Positions 24,718 through 32,000 of a stretch of DNA of 32,000 bases are shown piece by piece. The position numbers and the translations under genes were made by a program. The stretch's first letter is position 1. Each line of letters starts with the position of its first letter. A model generated the notes under the pieces. It was given only the letters and a program-made list of their open reading frames with translations, had not been told where the DNA came from and ran no database searches. The stretch lies in contig CP149973.1 of NCBI GenBank assembly GCA_029269845.2, forward strand, positions 1,470,001 through 1,502,000, given 5' to 3'. The DNA comes from Opitutia bacterium KCR 482. GTDB taxonomy: Bacteria > Verrucomicrobiota > Verrucomicrobiia > Opitutales > Intestinicryptomonadaceae.

Positions 24718-25908
24718 ATGTCGAAAGAATCATTCGTCAGAACGAAACCACACGTAAACGTAGGCACCATCGGTCACATCGACCATGGTAAAACTACACT
24801 CACGACCGCAATCTTGAAGGTTCAGTCGGACAAGGGCCTGGCTCAATTTAAGTCCTATCAGGACATTGCTAAGGGCGGCACTGTTCGCGACGCTTCCAAG
24901 ACTGTTACTATCGCCGTCGCGCACGTCGAATACGAAACTCCCACCCGCCACTATGCTCACGTTGACTGCCCCGGCCACGCCGACTTCGTCAAGAACATGA
25001 TTACGGGTGCTGCCCAGATGGACGGCGCTATCCTCGTTGTCAGCGCGGCTGACGGCCCGATGCCCCAGACTCGCGAACACATTCTGCTCGCCCGTCAGGT
25101 TGGCGTTCCGAAAATCGTAGTTTTCCTCAACAAGTGCGACCTCCTCGACGACCCCGAACTTCTCGAACTCGTCGAAATGGAAGTCCGCGACCTCCTCAAC
25201 AAGTACCAGTATCCGGGCGACGAAACCACGATTATTCGCGGTTCGGCTCTCGGCGCTCTCGAAGGCACTGAATTCGGCGTAAACAGCATCAACCAGCTCA
25301 TGGACGCTATTGACGCTGAAATCCCCGAACCCGAACGCCCTGTCGACAAGCCCTTCATGATGTCGGTTGAAGACGTGTTCTCCATCACGGGTCGTGGTAC
25401 GGTTGCTACGGGTCGTATCGAACGCGGCAAAATCCACGTCGGCGACGAAGTCGAAATCATCGGTCTCGGCGACACCAAGAAGACGACCGTAACGGGCGTC
25501 GAAATGTTCCGCAAGCTTCTTGACGAAGGTCAGGCGGGCGACAACGTCGGTCTCCTCCTCCGCGGTATCGAAAAGAATCAGGTGCAGCGCGGTCAGGTTA
25601 TCGCGAAACCCGGCTCGATTACTCCCCACACGAAGGCCAAGGCTGAAATTTACGTCCTCACCAAGGACGAAGGCGGCCGCCACACTCCGTTCTTCACCAA
25701 CTACCGTCCGCAGTTCTTCTTCGGTACTGCCGACGTCACGGGCGTTTGCAAACTCCCCGAAGGTGTCGAAATGGTTATGCCCGGCGACAACCTTTCCATC
25801 GAAATCGACCTCCAAAAGCCGATTGCTATGGAAAAAGGTCAGCGTTTTGCTATCCGCGAAGGCGGCCGCACAATCGGTGCCGGTCGTATCTCGGAAATCA
25901 TCGCTTAA
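24718..25908 (+). CDS. tuf: Elongation factor Tu
   Basis: The ATG at 24718 gives [33 protein letters not shown] and NKCD G-motifs are present. The track ORF (24613..) wrongly extends upstream through the tRNA-Thr gene. Third-position codon usage (ggt/cgt/gct/act) differs from neighbouring genes, as expected for a highly expressed gene. Confidence 0.97.
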   Translation: MSKESFVRTKPHVNVGTIGHIDHGKTTLTTAILKVQSDKGLAQFKSYQDIAKGGTVRDASKTVTIAVAHVEYETPTRHYAHVDCPGHADFVKNMITGAAQMDGAILVVSAADGPMPQTREHILLARQVGVPKIVVFLNKCDLLDDPELLELVEMEVRDLLNKYQYPGDETTIIRGSALGALEGTEFGVNSINQLMDAIDAEIPEPERPVDKPFMMSVEDVFSITGRGTVATGRIERGKIHVGDEVEIIGLGDTKKTTVTGVEMFRKLLDEGQAGDNVGLLLRGIEKNQVQRGQVIAKPGSITPHTKAKAEIYVLTKDEGGRHTPFFTNYRPQFFFGTADVTGVCKLPEGVEMVMPGDNLSIEIDLQKPIAMEKGQRFAIREGGRTIGAGRISEIIA

Positions 25909-25926
25909 TTAGCGGTTGATTCAATC

Positions 25927-25957
25927 GCCGAAAGGTCTTTTACGGCCTTTCGGCTTT
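25927..25957 (+). terminator. Hairpin after tuf (weak terminator or processing/attenuation signal)
   Basis: GCCGAAAGG (25927-25935) pairs with CCTTTCGGC (25946-25954), a perfect 9-bp stem. Only TTT follows, so read-through to tRNA-Trp/secE is likely. Confidence 0.4.
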
Positions 25958-26017
25958 GATGTCCGATGCGCTCCCGAATAAAATCGCGGGGCGGCGGACA
26001 AAACGAACAACAATTTT

Positions 26018-26090
<73 letters not shown>

Positions 26091-26137
26091 TTGTTCTTTT
26101 AATTTAACACATTTCGCGGTTAAACCGCACAAAAAAG

Positions 26138-26350
26138 ATGACCAATCCTTTCCGCAAAATCAGACAGTTTTATCAGGAAACAGTCGTGGAGCTGAAAAAG
26201 TCCTCGTGGCCGACGCGCCCCGAACTTGTCAACTCCGTGATAGTCGTATTTGTTGCATTGGGTCTGCTGGGCGCGTTTGTAGCGCTTGCGGACTTTGCCA
26301 TTTACAACGTCGTGGACTTGCTCACTTGGTTTGTCAAGGGCGGAAAATAA
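26138..26350 (+). CDS. secE: Preprotein translocase subunit SecE
   Basis: 70 aa. ELKKSSWPTRPEL is followed by a single TM helix (VIVVFVALGLLGAFVALADFAIY), and the gene lies upstream of nusG. Confidence 0.9.
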   Translation: MTNPFRKIRQFYQETVVELKKSSWPTRPELVNSVIVVFVALGLLGAFVALADFAIYNVVDLLTWFVKGGK

Positions 26351-26359
26351 GGCGGGCAC

Positions 26360-26944
26360 ATGGAATCTGACACACAGGACACGCGCAGATGGTACGCGGT
26401 GCAGACGCGTTCCAATATGGAAAAGAAGGCGGTCGAAACCCTCAAACACATGATTGACGTTGAGGACATGGGCGCGTACATATCGAAAGACGATATTTTG
26501 ATGCCCGAAGAACGCGTGTCGGAAATCAAGAACGGCAACAAGGTATCCAGAGCACGCAAACTTTACCCCGGTTATATTTTCGTTCGGGTAAAGCTTTTCG
26601 ACGAAAACGAAAACTTTTTGGAAAAACCGTGGTATTTCGTCCGCGGAATCAACGGTGTAATCAATTTCATGGGCGGCGAACGCCCCGTTCCGCTCCGTCA
26701 GGCGGAGGTCGACCGCATTTTTGCGCAGATGGCGCAGTCGGAAGGCACGGAACGTCCGAAAATCAGCTTCAATGTCGGGGAATCGGTCAAAATCCACGAA
26801 GGTCCGTTCCTCGGTCTTACCGGTGTTATCGAAGAGGTCGATGCGGAGCGCGGCAAGCTTAAAGTCAGCGTTTCGATATTCGGCAGGTTCACGCCGGTCG
26901 AGCTTGAATACTCGCAGGTATCGAGGGCCGACATCGAAGACTAA
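26360..26944 (+). CDS. nusG: Transcription termination/antitermination factor NusG
   Basis: 194 aa. Has the NGN domain start [14 protein letters not shown] and a C-terminal KOW motif ([22 protein letters not shown]). Confidence 0.93.
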   Translation: MESDTQDTRRWYAVQTRSNMEKKAVETLKHMIDVEDMGAYISKDDILMPEERVSEIKNGNKVSRARKLYPGYIFVRVKLFDENENFLEKPWYFVRGINGVINFMGGERPVPLRQAEVDRIFAQMAQSEGTERPKISFNVGESVKIHEGPFLGLTGVIEEVDAERGKLKVSVSIFGRFTPVELEYSQVSRADIED

Positions 26945-27003
26945 AACAACGCATTTTACGCACAGCCTCGGCAGTAAAATTCTTATAAGAAAAGAGAACT
27001 AAA

Positions 27004-27429
27004 ATGGCAAAAAAAGTAGTAAAAGAAATTAAGTTGCAGCTCCCCGCGGGCGCGGCTAACCCCGCTCCCCCCGTCGGTCCCGCACTCGGTGCGGCGGGCG
27101 TGAACATCATGGGCTTCTGCAAAGAGTTCAACGCTAAGACGAAGGACCAAGCGGGCATGATTCTCCCCGTGGTCATTTCCGTATATCAGGATAAGTCTTT
27201 CACGTTCATTCTCAAATCCCCGCCGGCTGCGGTTCTTCTCAAAAAGGCCGCGAAAATCGAAACGGCGAGCGCAAAGCCCAACACCGACAAGGTCGGCAAA
27301 GTAACGCGCGCTCAAATCAAGGAAATCGTCAAGATTAAGGAAAAAGACCTTAACGCGACAAGTCCCGAACAGGCGGTCAAGATTATCGAAGGCACCGCGC
27401 GTTCGATGGGTATTGAAGTCGTAGACTAA
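27004..27429 (+). CDS. rplK: 50S ribosomal protein L11
   Basis: 141 aa. Contains [34 protein letters not shown]. Confidence 0.97.
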   Translation: MAKKVVKEIKLQLPAGAANPAPPVGPALGAAGVNIMGFCKEFNAKTKDQAGMILPVVISVYQDKSFTFILKSPPAAVLLKKAAKIETASAKPNTDKVGKVTRAQIKEIVKIKEKDLNATSPEQAVKIIEGTARSMGIEVVD

Positions 27430-27464
27430 TTCTTTTTTTCGCATTCGCGCCGAACGAATTTATC

Positions 27465-27518
27465 GGGAGGCGCGAAAGTGTCTAAACAAACAACAACCGC
27501 ACTGCAATAGCAGGAGAC
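27465..27518 (+). promoter_or_regulatory. Structured rplK-rplA spacer elements (possible L1 autoregulatory site and SD-occluding hairpin)
   Basis: GGGA-GGCGC-GAAA-GTGTC-TAA (27465-27485) is a GNRA-capped hairpin preceded by GGGA. CTGC-aata-GCAG (27502-27513) overlaps the GGAG SD of rplA. The function is inferred. Confidence 0.3.
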
Positions 27519-27526
27519 AAAAAGTC

Positions 27527-28213
27527 ATGGTAAAAAGAAGCAAAAGATACAGACAGGCATCTGACGCCGCCCCGAAAGCGGCTTTGAGCCTTGCCGACGC
27601 GGTAAGCGCGTTGCAGGCTATGCCGAAAGCGGGCTTCGACGAAACGGTGGAAATTTCCTTCCGTTTGAATGTCGACCCGAAACAGAGCACCCAGATGGTG
27701 CGCGGAACGGTTCGTCTGCCCAACGGCAGCGGCAAAAAGGTAAGGGTAATCGTCTTTACCGAAAACGCCCAGGCGGCACTCGACGCCGGCGCGGACAAAG
27801 CAGGTTTCGAAGATCTCATCAAGGAGGTTTCGGAAGGTTTCCTCGATTTCGACGTCGCAATCGCTACGACATCGGCTATGAAGGAAGTCCGCAAGGTTGC
27901 GCGCGTTCTCGGTCCGAAAGGCCTCATGCCGAACCCGAAGAGCGGCACGGTTACGGACGACGTTGCTTCGGCAATCGCGGAAGTCAAGGCTGGTCGTGTA
28001 GAATTCAAGATGGACAAAACCTCGAACATGAGCGTAGTAGTCGGCAAGCGCAGCTTTGCGACGGAAAAGCTCGCCGAAAACGCGAAGGTCGTTCTCGACA
28101 GCGTTGTTGCGGCTCGTCCCGAGGCAATCAAGGGCAAGTTCATCAACTCAATCGCAATCAGCTCGACAATGAGCCCCAGCGTGAAAATCGCGCTGAGCGA
28201 AGTCGCACAATAA
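27527..28213 (+). CDS. rplA: 50S ribosomal protein L1
   Basis: 228 aa. Contains FDETVEISFRLNVDPKQSTQMVRGTVRLPNGSGK. Confidence 0.97.
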   Translation: MVKRSKRYRQASDAAPKAALSLADAVSALQAMPKAGFDETVEISFRLNVDPKQSTQMVRGTVRLPNGSGKKVRVIVFTENAQAALDAGADKAGFEDLIKEVSEGFLDFDVAIATTSAMKEVRKVARVLGPKGLMPNPKSGTVTDDVASAIAEVKAGRVEFKMDKTSNMSVVVGKRSFATEKLAENAKVVLDSVVAARPEAIKGKFINSIAISSTMSPSVKIALSEVAQ

Positions 28214-28228
28214 GGAGAGTTTTTCACA

Positions 28229-28735
28229 ATGAGACCCGAAAAGAAATTTCTCGTAGAAGAAGCTCGCAACCGCCTTTCGGCTGCCGGACACGTTTTTCTG
28301 GTAAGCTTCACGGGCGTTAAGGTTTCGGACGCCGCGGAACTCCGCAAGGCGTTGGCGGAAGTCGGTGCGGAATACCACGTCGCGAAGAATTCGATTATTA
28401 AAATCGCCGCGAAAGAGCTCGGACTTCCCTCGATGGACTCCGCTCTCGAAGGCCAGACCGGCGTTGTAACGGGCGGCGAAGACCCCGCAGCCGTTGCGAA
28501 GGCGATTTCTGCGTTCTTCAAGACCCGCGAAAACTCGACAATCAAGCTCGGCATCATGGGCGAGAAGGTTATGTCGAAAGAGGACGTCGAATACCTCGGC
28601 AGCCTCCCGAGCCTTCCCGAACTCCGCGCAAAGTTCCTCTCGCTGCTCAATACGCCCGCAAGCCAGATGGTTCGCGTCATATTCTGCAAGCTCGAAAAGG
28701 AAGGCGGCGCGCCCGCAGAAGAGGCTCAGGCGTAG
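28229..28735 (+). CDS. rplJ: 50S ribosomal protein L10
   Basis: 168 aa. N-terminus MRPEKKFLVEEARNRLSAAGHVFLVSFTGVKVSDAAELRKAL. It starts only 15 nt after the rplA stop. Confidence 0.95.
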   Translation: MRPEKKFLVEEARNRLSAAGHVFLVSFTGVKVSDAAELRKALAEVGAEYHVAKNSIIKIAAKELGLPSMDSALEGQTGVVTGGEDPAAVAKAISAFFKTRENSTIKLGIMGEKVMSKEDVEYLGSLPSLPELRAKFLSLLNTPASQMVRVIFCKLEKEGGAPAEEAQA

Positions 28736-28741
28736 TCGGAC

Positions 28742-28771
28742 TTCGGGACGCGCTTTGCGTTCCGAATTTTT
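28742..28771 (+). terminator. Terminator-like hairpin immediately after rplJ (attenuator candidate)
   Basis: TTCGGGACGC (28742-28751) pairs with GCGTTCCGAA (28757-28766): a 10-bp stem with one G.U and a 5-nt loop, followed by TTTTT (28767-28771). Confidence 0.5.
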
Positions 28772-28837
28772 GAAAACAAAATTTAGCCTTCCGCACAGGT
28801 TTGCATGGAGCGGAGGGCAAACCAAAAACAACTGAAA

Positions 28838-28900
28838 GGACAAACTTAGGGGGACATACCCCTTAAATATTCCGCAAGGAATGCTAAGTGTCCAAAGGAG
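28838..28900 (+). promoter_or_regulatory. Three-way-junction-like RNA element abutting the rplL Shine-Dalgarno sequence
   Basis: P1 is GGACA(aa)CTTAG (28838-28849) with CTAAGTGTCC (28884-28893). P2 is GGGG-gacata-CCCC (about 28850-28863). P3 is ATTCC-GCAA-GGAAT (28869-28882). The GGAG SD at 28897-28900 follows directly, and the ATG is at 28910. Confidence 0.45.
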
Positions 28901-28909
28901 ACAAATAAA

Positions 28910-29287
28910 ATGGCAGACATCACAAAAGATCAGGTTATCGAATGGCTCAGCAGCCTCACGGTTGTTGACGCGGCGGCTCTCGTTAAGGAGCTCGAAGAAA
29001 AATGGGGCGTTAGCGCGGCTGCTCCCGTGGCGGTAGTAGCGGGCGGCGCGGCTGCTCCTGCGGCTGAAGAAAAGGACTCGTTCGACGTTATCCTCAAAGC
29101 GGTTGACCCCGCCAAGAAGATTGCGGTCATTAAGGAAGTCCGCGCAATCACGGGCTTGGGCTTGGCGGAAGCCAAGGCGCTCGTCGAAGGCGCTCCGAAG
29201 GCCGTCAAAGAAGGCGTCAACAAAGACGAATCTGCGGAATTGGCTAAGAAGCTCAAGGACGCGGGTGCGGAAGTTGAAGTCAAGTAA
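28910..29287 (+). CDS. rplL: 50S ribosomal protein L7/L12
   Basis: 125 aa. Has the N-terminal dimerisation helix, an Ala/Pro/Glu hinge ([19 protein letters not shown]), and a C-terminal domain with [24 protein letters not shown]. Confidence 0.97.
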   Translation: MADITKDQVIEWLSSLTVVDAAALVKELEEKWGVSAAAPVAVVAGGAAAPAAEEKDSFDVILKAVDPAKKIAVIKEVRAITGLGLAEAKALVEGAPKAVKEGVNKDESAELAKKLKDAGAEVEVK

Positions 29288-29314
29288 TAGGTTTGATTAT
29301 TCAACCGTAATTTT

Positions 29315-29367
29315 CGCGGAGAGTCCGCGATGCCGAATAAAATCGGCGTCGCGGCTGTCCGCTTTTT
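29315..29367 (+). promoter_or_regulatory. Candidate rplL-rpoB attenuator (three overlapping alternative hairpins plus a U tract)
   Basis: H1 is CGCGGA-gag-TCCGCG (29315-29329). H2 is CCGCGA-t-GCCGA-ataaaa-TCGGC-g-TCGCGG (29325-29354). H3 is GCGG-ctgt-CCGC (29351-29362) followed by TTTTT (29363-29367). H1/H2 and H2/H3 share bases, so they are mutually exclusive. Confidence 0.4.
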
Positions 29368-29508
29368 CCGCTTAAAATATCCCGAAGCGTAATAACGGGG
29401 ATAAGTTCTTTTTGAATCCGGATTTCGAATTTGCGCGGAAGCGCCCGACACTCGGTTTTTGGAAAAACGGATTTTGCAGAGGGCGAAAAAAAACAAAATT
29501 CCACAAAA

Positions 29509-32000
29509 ATGTCTGAGCGAAAAAACTTTGGAAAACTCAAGGAAGTGATACCGCTTCCCAATCTCATTGAGAATCAGCTCAATTCTTATGCTGATTTTCT
29601 CCAAAAAGACGTGCCCCCCTCCAAGAGAAAAATGGTGGGTCTTCACGCCGTTTTCAGCGAGGTATTCCCCATAGAAAGCTACGACGGCAAGCACAGACTC
29701 GAATACGTTTCCTACGATTTGGTAGGGCCTAAGCAGACGGAAGTTGAGTGCATAAAGGAAAGCACCACATACTCCGTGGCTTTGCATGTAAAATTCCGCC
29801 TCGTCTCGGGCGACTCCACAAAAGAAGACACAATTTTCATGGGCGACATCAATATGATGACCCAAAGCGGCAGCTTTATCGTCAACGGCGCGGAACGCGT
29901 TGTCGTCAGCCAGTTGCACCGCAGCCCCGGCATTTGCTTCGAAGAAACGATGCACAGCTCGGACAAAATGCTCTATTCGTTCCGCCTCATTCCCGACCGC
30001 GGCACATGGGTTGAAGTTCAGTTCGACCAGAACGACCTGCTTTACGTCTATATCGACCGCCGCCGCCGCCGCAGGAAATTCCTTATCACGACACTCCTCC
30101 GCGCTCTCGGACACAGCTCCGACCCCGAAATCGTCAAGCTTTTCTACGAAGTTGAAGATATGTCGGTAAAGCGCGCGTTGCAGATGGAGAACATTTCGCA
30201 ATACGTTCTCGCCGAACCTGTTACCGACCCCGACAAGGGCATCGTGCTCCTCAAACAGTACGAAACGCTCACAACGATGGCGGTGCAGAAATTCAAGGCG
30301 GCAAACATCGAAGAATTTAAAGTTATCGACACTACCGTCGACGACGGCGCAATCGTCCGCGCAATCAAGAAAGACAAGACGAAGAACGAAGAGGGCGCGT
30401 TGAAGTACATCTACACGCAGCTGCGCCCCGGCGAACCCGTCAATGTGGAAAACGCGCGTGCGCTCATCCGCCGCACACTCAAAGACCCGAAACGCTACGA
30501 CTTGGGCAGGGTCGGCCGCTTCAAAATCAACCAGAAGCTCGGCTTGAACACGCCGCTCGAAACCCGCGTTCTCACAAGCGAAGACATCGTTGCGGGCACA
30601 AAATACCTTTGCAAACTTAAAAAAGGTCAGGGAATTATCGACGACATCGATAATTTGAGCAGCCGCCGCGTAAGAACCGCGGGCGAACTTCTTGCAAACC
30701 AGTGCAGAATGGGCTTGGCGCGTACCGAAAAGCTCGTGCGCGAACGCATGAACGCGTCGGAACAGAACACGGAATCGTTGACAATCCAGCGTCTCGTGAA
30801 CACGAAGGCGATGACGACGGTTATCCGCGACTTCTTCGCAAGAAACCAGCTCTCGCAATTCATGGACCAAATCAATCCGCTTTCGGAACTCACCCACAAA
30901 CGCCGTCTTTCGGCTCTGGGTCAGGGCGGTTTGAGCCGCGAACGCGCGGGCTTCGAAGTCCGAGACGTTCACGCGACGCACTACGGCAGAATCTGCCCGA
31001 TTGAAACGCCGGAAGGTCCGAATATCGGTCTTATCAATTCGCTTTCGTGCTACGCGAAAATCAACGAGTTCGGCTTTATCGAAACGCCCTACCGCAAGGT
31101 CGAAAAGGGCTGGGTGCTCGACAAAATCGAATACCTTTCCGCCGACGAAGAGGAGGGCAAGACTATCGCGCAGGCGAGCAGCGAAATCAAGGACGGCAAG
31201 CTTGTCGGCAGGGTAATCGCCAGAAACTTCGACGAAGTTTCGGAAGTAGACCCGATGGACGTAGACTACATGGACGTAAGCCCCAAGCAGCTCGTTTCGG
31301 TCGCGGCGGGTCTTATCCCCTTCCTCGAACACGACGACGCAAACCGCGCGTTGATGGGTTCGAACATGCAGCGTCAGGGCGTTCCGCTTTTGAAGACTCA
31401 GGCTCCGTTTGTCGGAACGGGTATCGAAGGCAGAGTGGCGACGGACTCGCGCACGGTTGTGCTGTCGGAATCCGACGGCATTGTCGCGAGCGTAGACGCA
31501 AAGAGAATCGTAATTACGCCCACCGGCGAAATGCCCAAAAAGGTTCAGGGCAAGCTTAAAAGCGACCCCGACAAAAAGATTTACGTATACGAACTGCGCA
31601 AATTCATGCGTTCGAACGCATGCACATGCTTCACGCAAAAGCCCGTGGTAAAACACGGACAGAAGGTGAAAGTCGGCACGGTTCTCGCGGACGGCGCGGC
31701 TACGGAAGACGGCGAGTTGGCTCTCGGCAAAAACGTTCTCGTGGCGTTCATGCCCTGGAACGGATACAACTTTGAAGACGCCATTCTGCTCTCCGAAAAA
31801 CTCATCAAGAACGACGTGTTTACGTCGGTGCACATCGAAGAGTACGAAGTAACGGCGCGCGACACGAAGCTCGGGCCCGAAGAAATCACGCGCGATATCC
31901 CGAACGTGGGCGAAGACGCGCTGAAAAACCTCGACCGCAACGGCGTAATCCGCATCGGCGCGGAAGTGAAGGCGGGCGACATTCTTGTCGGCAAAATCAC
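29509..32000 (+). CDS. rpoB: DNA-directed RNA polymerase subunit beta, N-terminal ~830 aa (3' end outside the window)
   Basis: Not in the supplied ORF track because there is no stop codon in the window. Manual translation from the ATG at 29509 gives MSERKNFGKLKEVIPLPNLIENQLNSYADFLQ...SFIVNGAERVVVSQLHRSPGICFE. The frame stays open to 32000, ending in ...GDILVGKI(T), a conserved RpoB motif. No track + ORF in this span is in the same frame. Confidence 0.95.
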   Translation, partial: MSERKNFGKLKEVIPLPNLIENQLNSYADFLQKDVPPSKRKMVGLHAVFSEVFPIESYDGKHRLEYVSYDLVGPKQTEVECIKESTTYSVALHVKFRLVSGDSTKEDTIFMGDINMMTQSGSFIVNGAERVVVSQLHRSPGICFEETMHSSDKMLYSFRLIPDRGTWVEVQFDQNDLLYVYIDRRRRRRKFLITTLLRALGHSSDPEIVKLFYEVEDMSVKRALQMENISQYVLAEPVTDPDKGIVLLKQYETLTTMAVQKFKAANIEEFKVIDTTVDDGAIVRAIKKDKTKNEEGALKYIYTQLRPGEPVNVENARALIRRTLKDPKRYDLGRVGRFKINQKLGLNTPLETRVLTSEDIVAGTKYLCKLKKGQGIIDDIDNLSSRRVRTAGELLANQCRMGLARTEKLVRERMNASEQNTESLTIQRLVNTKAMTTVIRDFFARNQLSQFMDQINPLSELTHKRRLSALGQGGLSRERAGFEVRDVHATHYGRICPIETPEGPNIGLINSLSCYAKINEFGFIETPYRKVEKGWVLDKIEYLSADEEEGKTIAQASSEIKDGKLVGRVIARNFDEVSEVDPMDVDYMDVSPKQLVSVAAGLIPFLEHDDANRALMGSNMQRQGVPLLKTQAPFVGTGIEGRVATDSRTVVLSESDGIVASVDAKRIVITPTGEMPKKVQGKLKSDPDKKIYVYELRKFMRSNACTCFTQKPVVKHGQKVKVGTVLADGAATEDGELALGKNVLVAFMPWNGYNFEDAILLSEKLIKNDVFTSVHIEEYEVTARDTKLGPEEITRDIPNVGEDALKNLDRNGVIRIGAEVKAGDILVGKI

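Overview
GC-rich bacterial chromosomal window. 30 of the 31 protein genes I call are on the + strand, and most of the window is core housekeeping. Contents in order: (1) 1-13060, a complex I operon with nuoB (3' part) through nuoN and separate nuoC and nuoD. A PEGA-type lipoprotein gene and a stand-alone trpB2-type gene follow it with no terminator until about 14915-14957. (2) 15.1-22.1 kb, a small block of secreted or accessory-looking genes: a Sel1-repeat protein, a clan GH-A-like glycoside hydrolase, a small tail-anchored ORF, a stand-alone 5'-3' exonuclease (FEN) and an SGNH/GDSL hydrolase, which is the only minus-strand gene. (3) 22189-23808, a class I fumarate hydratase. (4) A roughly 790-bp T/G-rich non-coding region holding a two-copy tandem repeat. 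(5) The canonical cluster tRNA-Thr(GGU)-tuf-tRNA-Trp(CCA)-secE-nusG-rplK-rplA-rplJ-rplL-rpoB. rpoB (29509 to the window end) is missing from the supplied ORF track because it has no stop codon in the window; I found it by direct translation. I found no CRISPR array, transposase, integrase, defence cassette or toxin-antitoxin pair, and cannot honestly claim a new protein-based system. The features not explained by ordinary annotation are all non-coding. They are the duplicated structured module at 23.8-24.4 kb, an unusually long and structured rplJ-rplL spacer beside a 15-nt rplA-rplJ spacer, overlapping alternative hairpins before rpoB, and some repeat or operator-like motifs. Every structure was found by eye; no folding energies, database searches or covariance models were run. 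The many long antisense ORFs in the track are treated as shadow ORFs of a GC-rich genome.
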